From positions 125,574,653 to 125,638,652 of the forward strand of contig NC_052162.1 in assembly GCF_902713615.1 (NCBI RefSeq): 64,000 nt of DNA, in the 5' to 3' direction. This document shows positions 35,350 to 46,659 of the stretch, piece by piece. The stretch is from Scyliorhinus canicula (lineage: Eukaryota). Position 1 is the stretch's first letter; each line of letters begins with the position of its first letter. Under the pieces are notes generated by a model. That model made no database searches and was not told where the DNA came from. It saw nothing but the letters and a program-made list of their open reading frames with translations. The translations under genes were made by a program, and so were the position numbers.

Positions 35350-37700
35350 CATTTGATCTATAGAAATCTACAAGTTGTGCATCATTGGAATTCTCTACCC
35401 CAGAGGGCTGTGGGAGTTCAGTCATTGAGTGTGCTTAAAGCAGAGACTGACAGATTTCTAAATCCCAATAACACAAAGGGACATGGGGATAGTGTGGGGG
35501 GAAAAGGCATTGAAGTGAATGATCAGCCATGATCGTATTGAATGGTGGAGCAGGCTCAACGGGCTGAATGGCCAAATCCTGCTCCTATGATCCTATTATA
35601 CAAAGATAGGGAGGAAAGTAAATTGTGAAGAGGACATAATGAGGTTACAAAGGGATACAGATAGGTTACATGAATGGGAAAAGATCTGTAAAATCTAGTA
35701 TTATGTGGCAAAATGTGACATTGTCTATTTTGGCACAAAGAATAAAAAAGCTTCTTATCTAAATGGTGAGAGATTGCAGAGCTCTGAGACTCAGAGGGAT
35801 CTGGGTGTCCAAGAGCATGAATCACAAAAGGTGAGTTTACAGGTACAGCAAGTAATTAGGAAAGCTAATAGAATGTTATTGTTTATTGTGAGGGGAATTG
35901 AATACAAAAGTAGGGAGGTTATGCTTCAATTATACAGGACATTGGTGAGACCACATCTGGAGCACTGTGTACAGTATTGCTCTCATTTAAGGAATGATGT
36001 CAATGTGGTGGAAGCAGTTCAGAGAAGGTTTACTGGAAGGTTTACCTGGAATTGGAGGCTGGTCTTATGAGGAATGATTGGACAGGCTGGGCTTGTGTCC
36101 GATGGAGTTTAGGTGACTTGATTGAACCGTATAAGATCCTGAGGGGCCTTGACAGGCTGGATGTGGAAAGGATGTTTCCCCTTGTGGAAGAATCTAGAAA
36201 TGGAGTCACTTTAAAAGTAATAGCTTGCTCGGTTAAGGCAGAGGAGAACTTTTTCTCTCCGAGGGTTGCGAGTCTTTGGAACTCTCTTCCTCAAAGGGCA
36301 GTGCAAGCAGAGTTGTGAATATTTTTTAGGGAGAGCTGGACAGATTCTTGCCAAGCAAGGGGGTGAAAGGTTAATGGGAATGGTGGGCTTAATGGCCTCC
36401 TTCTTTGCCCTTTGATTCTCATTTACATTTGAAGAAATGGTTAATCCCAGAACTGAAGGGGTTGGATTATGAGGAGAGGTTGAGTAGACTGGGACTGTAC
36501 TCGTTGGAATTTAGAAGGATGAGGGGGGATCTTATAGAAACATTAAAAATTATGCAGGCAATAGATAGGATAGATGTGGGCAGGTTGTTTCCACTGGCGG
36601 GTGAAAGCAGAACTAGGAGGCATAGCCTCAATATAAGGGGAAGTAGATTTAGAACTGAGTTTAGGAGGAACTTCTTCACCCAAAGGGTTGTGAATCTATG
36701 GAATTCCTTGCCCAGTGAAGCAGTTGAGGCTCCTTCATTACATGTTTTTAAGGTAAAGATAGATAGTTTTTTGAAGAATAAAGGGATTAAGGGTTCTGGT
36801 GTTCAGGCCGGAAAGTGGACCTGAGTCCACAAAAGATCAGCCATGATCTAATTGAATGGCGGAGCAGGCTCGAGGGGCCAGATGGCCTACTCCTGCTCCT
36901 AGTTCTTATGTTCTTATGTTCTAAAATGTGGTTTTGAGGTTATAATCACATCAGCCGTGAACTTATTGAATGGTGGAGCAGGCTCAAGGGGCCGAGTGGC
37001 CTACTCCTGCTCCTAATTCGTACATTATCACATCCTTTATAATAGATAGTAGCATTTTCTCTCCGACGGATGTCTGTGACTGAAGGGTCTGTGGTTCTCC
37101 ATTTTCTCTCTCTCTGCTTAAATAGTGGGGTTACATTTACCGCCATCCAATCTGCAGGAACTATTCCAGAATTGATAGAATTTTGAAAGATGATCACCAA
37201 TGTATCCACAATCTCGACAGCCACCTCTTTCAACACTCTGGGATATTGAGCATCAGCTTTTGGGGATTTATTAACTTTCAACCACATTAATTTCTCCAGT
37301 GCTAATTTTAAACTAATACTAATCTCTTTCAGTCCCTCGTGTTCACTGGTCCCCTTCAATTTCCTGTATCTTTCGCCGTGAAGACAGACACACATTGTTT
37401 AGTTTCTCTGCCATTTCCTTATTCCCCATTATAAACTCTCCTGTCTCTGCCTGGAATGGACCCACATTGGTCTTTATTAATCTTTTCCTTTTCACATTTC
37501 CATAGGAAATTTTCCAGTCAGTTTTTATCTTTCTCGCCAGTTTTCTCTTGATCAGTTTATTGATCCTTCTTTGCTGAATTCTAAAACAAGTTCCCAATCC
37601 TTAAGCTTACACTCATTTTGGCCATTTTATGAGCCTCTTCCTTTGACCTAATGAATCTTTAATATTTCTTGTTCGCCACGTTTGCATCACTTTTTTCCTG
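35350..37700. mobile_element. Cluster of CR1 fragments (+ strand 35350-36960, - strand ~37020-37700)
   Basis: CR1 ORF2 C-terminal motifs (LVRPHLE.CVQ, RNFFTQRVVNLWNSLP) and CR1-type tails. Confidence 0.85.
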
Positions 37701-37796
37701 TCTGAGATTCCCTGAGACGGAAAGAGAAGAGAGAATGAAATGCAGCCCTGGATGTAATTGAAGCAGAAACAATAACAGCAGAATCCGTCACTGTAA

Positions 37797-38804
37797 TCAA
37801 TTGTGAACTTGTTGGTGTCTCAGCAGGGACGAGGAAACACAGAATCCCTTCCCACACTGAGAGCAGGTGAACGGCCTCTCCCCGGTGTGAACTCGCTGGT
37901 GTGTCAGCAGGTTGGATGAATCACTGAATCCCTTCCCACACTGAGAGCAGGTGAACGGTTTCTCCCCAGTGTGAACTCGCTGATGTTTCTTTAGGCTGGA
38001 TGAGTCCGTGAATCCCTTCCCACACTGAGAGCAGATGAACGGTTTCTCCCCAGTGTGAATTCGTTGGTGTACCATCAGGCTGGATAACTCAGTGAATCCC
38101 TTCCCACACGGAGTGCAGGTGAACGGCTTCTCCCCAGTGTGAACTCGCTGGTGTCTCTGTAGGTTGGATAAGTAAGTGAATCCCTTCCCACACTGAGAGC
38201 AGGTTAACGGCTTCTCCCCAGTGTGAATGCGCTGGTGTGTCTGCAGGCTGGATAACTGAGTGAATGCCTTCTCACACACAGAGCAGGTGAATGGCTTCTG
38301 ATTGTGAACAAGTTGGTGTCTTCGCAGGTTGGTTAAGTCATTGTATCCCTTCTCACACTGAGAGCACGTGTACGGCTTCTCTGCAGCATGAACAAACCTG
38401 TGTCTTCGCAGTTTGGACATGTTAGTGAATCCCTTCTCACACTGAGAGCAGGTGAACGGCCTCTCCCCTGTGTGAACTCGCTGGTGTGTCTGCAGGTTGA
38501 TTAACCGACTGAATCCCTTCCCACAGTCAGAGCAGGTGAACGGCCTCTCTCCAGTGTGAATTCGCTGATGTAAATTCAGGCGAGATAACTCAATGAATCC
38601 CATTCCACACTGAGAGCAGGTGAATGGCCTCTCCGCAGTGTGAATTTGCTGATGTAAATTCAGGTGGGATAACTGAGTGAATCTTTTCTCACACTGAGAG
38701 CAGGTGAATGGCCTTTCCCCTGTGTGAATGCGTCGATGAGTCTCCAGCTCTGATGGGAATCTGAATCCCTTCCCACAGTCCCCACATTTCCACCTTTTAT
38801 CCAT
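37797..38804 (-). CDS. C2H2 zinc-finger protein D (335 aa, 12 fingers), no effector domain
   Basis: Intact ORF with 12 CxxC..HxxxH units. Paralogue of gene A. Confidence 0.92.
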   Translation of the reverse strand: MDKRWKCGDCGKGFRFPSELETHRRIHTGERPFTCSQCEKRFTQLSHLNLHQQIHTAERPFTCSQCGMGFIELSRLNLHQRIHTGERPFTCSDCGKGFSRLINLQTHQRVHTGERPFTCSQCEKGFTNMSKLRRHRFVHAAEKPYTCSQCEKGYNDLTNLRRHQLVHNQKPFTCSVCEKAFTQLSSLQTHQRIHTGEKPLTCSQCGKGFTYLSNLQRHQRVHTGEKPFTCTPCGKGFTELSSLMVHQRIHTGEKPFICSQCGKGFTDSSSLKKHQRVHTGEKPFTCSQCGKGFSDSSNLLTHQRVHTGERPFTCSQCGKGFCVSSSLLRHQQVHN

Positions 38805-40729
38805 ATTTTGGGTCTCCTCGAGTCTCTCCAGGTTGGACTATCAGTTGAAGCCTTGACCACACACATAACACGTGTATGGTTTCTCCCCGCTATGAAAGGT
38901 GCAATGTTTTTTTCAGGGTGTGTAACTGGTTAAAGCTCTTTCCACAGTCAGTGCTCTGGGACACTCTCACTCAGGTGTGTGTGTCTTGGTGCTTTTCCAG
39001 TCACAATGACGTTTAAAATCTTTTAAGGCCAACAGGTTGGGCAAACATTATTCCTTCTAGATAATGGCCGATGAATCGAGTGACTGTCAGAACTAGACGT
39101 GATGTTTGAGATTGCTGTCTGTAAATCCTATCGTTTTAACATCCTGTAAAATGAGTTTACAAAAGACATCACAGTCAGTACAGGATAGAAATTCAGAACA
39201 GATTATTTTAATTTCTCAGGAACATCCTTTCCTCTCTTGTTGCCCAAAAGCTGTAAATCTCCATCCCACACACTCTCCCTCCATTCTCACTCTGCTGTAT
39301 CTAATATTCACCCTCCCAATTCTCCTGAAGGTTCTGATTCAGGCTGATTGACAGATCCCTGCTCACTGCTTCCTGTCCTGGACACAGATCATAACAAACA
39401 GGAGCTGCAGTCGGAGATTCAGCCCATCAAGCCTTCTCAACCATTTAATGGGATCATTGGCCGATCTACGTCAGCACCATTTTCCTACACTATGCCCCAT
39501 ATCCCTCGATATGTTCAATATTGAGAAACATGTCAATCTGTCTTGAAAATACTTGAAAATACAATCCTCTGGGGTAGAGAATGCCAAAGCTTCACTACAA
39601 TGTCTTTAAATTCATTGAAGATCCCGGCCCCGTGTCACTGTCCGTGTGGAGTCTGCACATTCTCTCCGTGTCTGCATGGGTCTCACCCCCACAACGTAAA
39701 ACGATGTGCAGGGTTGGTGAATTGACCATGCTAAATTGCCCCTTAATTGGAAAAAAAAATTGGGTACTCTAATTTTACTTTAAAAAAATGAATTTACTGG
39801 ATTTGGGCGTCGCTGGTTAGGTGAGTATTTGTTGCCCATCCCGAGTTGCCGTTCAGAAAGTGGTGGTAAGTGGTCTCCTTGCACACCCACTGTGCTGTTC
39901 GGGAGGGAGTTCCAGGATGTTGCCCTAGTGACAGTGAAGGAACGGCAATATATTTCCAAGTCGGACTGGTGAGTGACTTGGAAGGGAACCTCCAGGTGGT
40001 GGGGTTCCCAGGTATCTACTGCTCTTGTCCTAGATGGCAGTGGTCGCTTTGCTGAGCACCTTCGGTCTGTGCGCATTCAGGACCCTGACCTTCCCGTCTT
40101 CAATTAAGGGACAATTTTACCGTGCCGATCCTCCAACACTGCACATCTTTGGGTTGTAGGGGCCAACGCCAAGCAGACATGGGGAAAATGTGCAGACTCC
40201 ACATGGACAGTGACTCAGAGCCGGGATTGAACCGGGACCTCGGCGTCGTGAGGCAGCAGAGATTAACCACTGTGCCACCATGCTGTCCCTGCTTGCCATT
40301 TTAACACAAGACCCTGCTCCATCAGGGGCAGCAAAGTAGCACAGTTGTTAGCCCAGTTGCTTCACAGCTCCAGGGTCCCAGGTTCGATTCGCAGCTTGGT
40401 TCACTGCCTGTGTGGAGTCAGCATGTCCCCCCCCCCCGTCTGCATGGGTTTCCTCCGGGTGCTCCGGTTTCCTCCTACAGTACAAAGATGTGCAAGTTAG
40501 GTGGATTGGCCATTATAAATTGCCCTTTGTGTGCAAAAAGTTTAGGTGAGATTACTGTGTTACGGGGATGAGGTGGACTTAAGTAGGATGCTCTTTCCAA
40601 GGGCCGGTGCAGACTCAATGGGCCAATTGGCCTCCTTCTGCACTGTAAATTTAGTGAATCCTTTTAGCCAAATAAATGTATCAAGCTGAGGGAGCAAAGG
40701 ATGTCAATGTCTTTAAGAGAGAGAGAGAC

Positions 40730-41180
40730 CTGGGCCAAGCTGTCCAGATCTGCACCCTCCCTGAATTCACTTCCTTTCCCTTCAGTTGCTGCAAGTGACC
40801 AATTGAAGGTGAGAATGAGAAAATAAATGAAAGGGGGAGAAAAGAAAGTGTTTTACTCACAGATGTTGGGCACAGCAGGATGTTTCAGTCTGTCTGAAGC
40901 TGAAACGTCATTAACACAAAGCCCGCGCGCTGATTGGCTGGAGGACCAGAGTCCTTCCGGTCCTCGAATTCTTCCGATTGGCTGCTGGCCGACTGAAAAA
41001 AATGGGCAACGGATGTCACGTGGTCATGGATGCCCTTTTGACCCTAACAGGAATAACCACCACTGCGCATGGTTACCTCTCCTTTGGACATGCGCAGTCC
41101 CGGGCCGCCCCACGCCCGGTGGATAGAGCGGTTTCCCCGGCGAGGCGGATTATGGGTGATTCAGCCGCCATTAACCATCT
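40730..41180 (-). promoter_or_regulatory. Putative promoter/first exons of ZNF gene D
   Basis: Same motifs and splice sites as 4616-5060. Confidence 0.65.
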
Positions 41181-42649
41181 CCTAACCAGTCTCCAAACTC
41201 CTGGGACTTGGATGAAAGTGGGAGTGGTGGGGCAGTGACCCCATTCCAGACACAAAGTACATGTCATTGGGTTTGATTTTGACATCCCCCGTAGAAAACA
41301 GTTTGTTAACTTCAGACACCTGGGTGACATATTGGGGAGGGCAACAGCTGTGTGAAGCTGAACCCGAGAGTCAGCACCTTCGGGGAGGAGAATTGGGGGA
41401 AAAGCAGAAGGATAGTGGGATGAATTAGTGTTACAATCAATAGGGAAGGAGTGTGTGGAGGCAGAGACAGAAAGAAGCAGTATTTTCTGTCACATGATCA
41501 TGAGCTGGGACAATTTTATCAAATCATTTGTGAAACCTGGATTTACAATATCCTTGTGAAACACCTTGGGATGTTTAATTACATTAAATGTGGTGTATAA
41601 ATGCAAATTAATCTGTTATTGAAGGCTGTCACTTGGGCTCCTCCACTACCCAGAACACCAAGTCCCTGATCATGGACAGTCAGATTAACCGGTTTATTCA
41701 CACAGATCCGACCAGCCCACCCAATCTCAGTGAATCTGCTGTTCTCAGGCTCCCTTGTAACTCCATCCCTGCACTCGCTGCGCTGAGCTCAAGTGTGAAC
41801 AAAGCATTTTTGTCTGCAGATTTTTAGTGTGAGACTTTAAACCTATCAGGAGACGGTGAATCGGCCGGGTCACTGCTCTCATCAAAATACAAGGCTGAGG
41901 GGCTAATGGAGGGCTGCAAATTATGAAAGGTTTTGATACACATGAAGAATGTTTTCACTTGTAAGGGTAAGACAAAAACTAGAAACAATGAATGTGAGAT
42001 AATCTAATCAGGAATTCAGGAGAAACTCCCCAGAGAGTAGTGGGAATATGGAACTCGCTACCACAGGGATTGGTGGAGGTGAATAACATCGATATATTTA
42101 TGGGGAAGCTGGATGAACACATGAGGGAAAACTGAACAGAGGGATACACTGATAGAGTCAGATGGGAAAGCATGAGAGGAGGCTCAAGTGAAGTATAAAC
42201 ACTGGCATGGATTGGTTGGGCTGTTTCTGTGCTGTATATGCAATGTAATTTAGCCGTGTATTGCCTTTAACTCTCACATAGTAGATTCCGGGTTAAAGAG
42301 AAACAGTTTCACTCCCAGAAAAACATTTCAGTTCATTGAACAATAGCTGGAAACAATCAGTGCCTCTTGTCAGCCAGGTGTCCGTGTGAGGAGTCAAGAT
42401 ATTCAATTCAACTACAAAGATTCATGTAATTTGTACCAATATATCTTTGAAGAGCAGCTCTTTCCTTTCAAATGGACTGGATTATTTTAATTTATCAGGT
42501 TTTAATCAATTCTTTAAAGTGCTTAATTATCAGTCTTATTCAAATCGGAATTTGTTTTATACAAGACAAAGTAGGCACATGATCAGCACCCCATTCACCA
42601 TCTCCACCATTGATACCCAGTGGCAGCAGTGTGTCGCATCTACAAGCGA

Positions 42650-42895
42650 CACAGTAACACAGTGGTTAGCACCTTTGCATCACATTGCCAGGGACCGAGG
42701 TTTGATTCCGGGATTGGGTCACTGTCTGTGAGGAGTCTGCACATTCTCCCTGTGTCTGCGTGGGTTTCCTCCGGGTGCTCCAGTTTCCTCTCACAAGTCC
42801 TGAAAGTTGTGCTGTTAGGTGAATTGGACACTCTGAATTCTCCCTCAGTGTACCTGAACAGGGACCGGTGTGTGGCAACAAGGGGATTTTCACAG
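42650..42895 (+). mobile_element. V-SINE variant
   Basis: V-domain plus alternative tail. Confidence 0.75.
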
Positions 42896-44773
42896 CATCC
42901 TTTAACGGCAGAGGGCGCTGTGGCCGTTGGATAGATTCACTGTGGAGCTCCAGTGAACGAGTCTGCCCACGGTCCCCTCCCCCAGTCTCACCTCGCCAGC
43001 TTCCGTCCTTCATCAACCCAACCCTGCGCAAAGAGCAGCAAAGACGGGAGCATGGAGTCGAGGTGTAGATCAGCCAGGAGCTGAATGAGTAGAGGAGATC
43101 CCCTTATTAAACTTCCCGTAAATGTGTTTTAATGGGGATTGGGGCCAGTTCTAATGTTTGTCTGTCTGTCTATCTCAAATATTTTAACGTGTTAACTTAC
43201 AGCTTCAGCATCTCAGATACACCAACCCTATTGGATGTCCCCATTTTTTTGACCTGATCCAGGTTTGACTTGTTTATTAACTAAACACCTTATTATCTTC
43301 CAGGTCTTAATAATAAACAGCGGATGTGCCAGATTCAACTGGATTTCCTTTAGTTCCTCCCACCTTTCCCAGATATCAAAAGGAAATTGGATGGGGAATT
43401 GAGAGCAATAAACTCACAGGGGTACGGGAATAGAAGGCGCGAATGGGACTGAATGGATGATTTACACAGGGTTAGCATGGACCCGATGGGTAGAATGGCC
43501 TCCTCCACTGCCCTAATGCCTCTCTGTCTATCGTTACCATCTCTGTAGAGATTTATAACTTATTAAATGAAAGGAATCTCCAATGGAAAGAAAACCAATG
43601 GACAAAATTTCACATTTTCAAACTTTTACTCAACAAACCAACTAAAATCGACACAAACCTGAATTAACAGGGACTGGATATTTCACAGGACAAGAGAAAT
43701 TTCACTTTAATAGTCAGTACAACAAAGATACATCCCACATTGTTCTGAGCCCTCACATTACTTCCTGTGGAAATGTTGCACCATGGACAATCTCACAGTC
43801 TTCCCAATCTCCCTCTGCAATGTCGGATACCTCACTTCCCACCCAATGGACTTGGCCTTCGAGTCACTTCCACCAACAGCCGCATTCTCGCCAAGGTCCG
43901 TGAATATTGTGGACACCAACAAAGTGCACGTCTGTAAATGCTCTCTCTTTCGGGTTGTGACGCTCTTATGTCCCCAGAGACTCCATTTTTGGATCTCTTT
44001 AAACTGTATGGTTGGATTTCGCATAACTGAAATAGAAGCAAGTGGTGTTTTCCGATCCACATCCCCCTGCTCTCCTAGCCTTCAGCTAGCTGTCCTTTCC
44101 TACTGTGTAACACGCGACGTAACACAGTCCTTGCTGTATTCTCAGTGCACTGCTTCAACACCCAGATCTGTTGGAAGCTCCACGCTCTGTTTTGAACTGC
44201 AGGTTTCTTTATTAACTGTGTCTGTCCTTTACCCCCAGCAACCGAACCTGCTTCAGTGGGACGGAAAGTGTAACTGAATATACGATTATCTGTCTATTCA
44301 GCCTTGGCTTCTTCAGCTTTACGTTCCCAGAGCAATCTCAGGTCACATGGTCATTTCTTGGAACTGATGACCTCAGAACCAAGAAATCAATTCCTCTCCT
44401 TCAGAAGAATCTCCAGTTTCACTTTGGGTCTTAAAGGGTTCATTACACAAAAAAGTATTTTCCTAAAATAATACTAAAACAGTACTAATAATTATTATTA
44501 ATCTTACTATTAGATTATTAAAGGTATTTCACAAAGTACCTGGGTCATCACATGCCCTCCCATCCCCAAGGAATAAAGCTTCTGAAGTAAGCATGTTTTC
44601 AGAATCCTTTCATATTACAACATATTTGAACATTATAAACACGGTAACAATGTCTTTATTACACACTGTTCAGATAATGGTTTCTCTTTTTCCCATTTTA
44701 CAATAAAACATATCACCTTGGCAATACTATAAGCTTAACCCTGAACAAAACTAACCCAATGTGACAATGAGGT

Positions 44774-45056
44774 TGTGGTGAATGTATAATGCTTAATTCA
44801 CACTATATAGCATTGTGTCCTTGTGGGCTAGGTCTGTGAGCCGTTGCGCGACTCTGCCCACAGGGGGAGATGAGGAGCTTGTACAGGGCTCCACCCTTGG
44901 CTCCGTCCATGGCCCCTCCCACTACCAGAAGTATAAAGTGCTGCGGTCTTGTGAGTCTGCCCTCAGTTCTTCTGGTCGCAGGCAGGCTCAGTTGTAGGTC
45001 TATTAAAACCACAGTTTACTTCCTCTCGTGTCTCGAGTGAATTGATGGTCATATTA
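44774..45056 (+). mobile_element. Solo LTR (283 bp), 5-bp TSD GAGGT/GATGT
   Basis: Absent from the paralogous site at ~7315. Starts with TG and contains TATAAA (~44932) and ATTAAA (~45002). Confidence 0.8.
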
Positions 45057-45689
45057 GATGTTTGAAAGTTCAGCTTGCTCGAGAGTCCCAGTGCTGTTGT
45101 CAACAAGAGTTCACTTTACTATTGGTTGATTCACTTTCCTTGAACCTTCCCAAGAGATCTTCTTTCCCAGGTCACACAGTCTTCCCAGTTTTCCTTGGTT
45201 AAGTGGTTGTGCTTCCTGTTGCTGTATAAAATTCCGATTGGATTGTGTACAATCTGGACCCTGGGATAGGATTTGTGACGGCTTCAAAGGTTTTCCATAT
45301 CTAAGGTCAGATTAACTTGGTCAGGAACCACACTGCTGATTGCTGGCGATCCATCTGGATTTTGAGAGCTGCCTGTGAGGAATTGGACTTTGAGAGAAAA
45401 TTCCATCATGTTGCTTTTTCCCTCCGAGTTCAGCAATTTGTGTGGACCCGATTAAAAATCTGTCTAATTCCTCCCTAAATTTACTCAGTGTCCCAGCTCC
45501 ACCGCACTCTGGGGTAGTGAATTCCACAGATTCACAGCCCTTTGAAGAAGCAGTTTCTCCTCAACTCTGTTTTGAATTTGCTACTTCTTATCCGAAGACT
45601 ATTACCTCTCGTTCTCGAATGGCCCACAAGAGGCAGCAGCCGCTCCAATTCTACTTTATCTTTCCATTTCTTTTCTCATTCTGAGGGGA

Positions 45690-46400
45690 CATTGATGACT
45701 TGCAGCAACTGAAGAGAAAGGAAGTGAATCCAGTCTGTGTGTTGCACACATTTTGAGTTCAGTAATGTACATATTTCTGTCTGGCAGTCTGCATGGAGAT
45801 TTTCAGGCCTCTGTCCAGGACCGGGAAGCAGTGAGCATGGATCTGTCAGACTGAATCAGCACCTTTAGAGAATTGGGAGGATGAATATTAGATACAGCAG
45901 GGAGAGAATGGAGGGAGAGTGTGTGGGATGGAGATTTACAGCTTTTGAGGAATGAGTGAGGAAAGAATGTTTCATAGGAACTAGAATTGTCTGTTCGTCA
46001 TTTCCATTTGTTGTACAGGATATTAGATGATCATTTACCGAAAAAAGGACATCAGGATTTGGAAGAGTCACTTGGTTATGAGTGGCGTGGTGGTTAGCAC
46101 TGTTGCTTCGCAGCTCCAGGGTGCCAGGTTCGATTCCCGGCTTGGGTCACTGTGCCGAGTCTGCACGTTCTCCTCGTGTCTGCGTGGATTTCCTTCGGGT
46201 GCTCCGGTTTCCTCCCACAAGTCCCGAAAGGCGTGCTGTTAGGTAATTTGGACATTCTGAATTCTCCCTCTGTACCCAAACAGGTGCCGGAATGTGGCGA
46301 CTAGGGGCTTTTCACGGTAATTTCATTGCAGTGTTAATGTAATCCTACTTGTGACAACAGAGATTATTATTATTATTTATCAGGACCTGAATATCATCAG
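45690..46400 (+). pseudogene. Finger-less ZNF relic F (leader exons only), interrupted by a SINE at 46083-46377
   Basis: Exon-2, exon-3 and intron homologues with the donor mutated to ATGAAT. Shares GGAGATTTTCAGG with gene B. No finger array follows. Confidence 0.7.
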
Positions 46401-46659
46401 GAGAACCATCACTGCAAAAGACGCCTCTGGGGTTAAGGGTTGCCAGTCAGGCTAAGGAATAGAATGGAAGTAAACACAGGAACGAAGAATCACATTGGGC
46501 TGGTTCCAGGAGAATTGAGTGGCAACTTCAGCGACGTAACCATGGAGTGTGGTTTTTTATTGTGTTAAAAATGAAAGGGCAATGTTCTATTTATAGTTTA
46601 AGGCATACATTCCCCATAAAAATAGTGTTCAGGCATTGTTGCTTCTAGTTTCAGCAGGG

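Larger units (their letters stand above)
37625..45447. repeat. Segmental duplication copy 2 (paralogous to 1-7704)
   Basis: See copy 1. Copy-specific indels at ~40320, 42085-43435 and 44774-45061. Confidence 0.95.
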
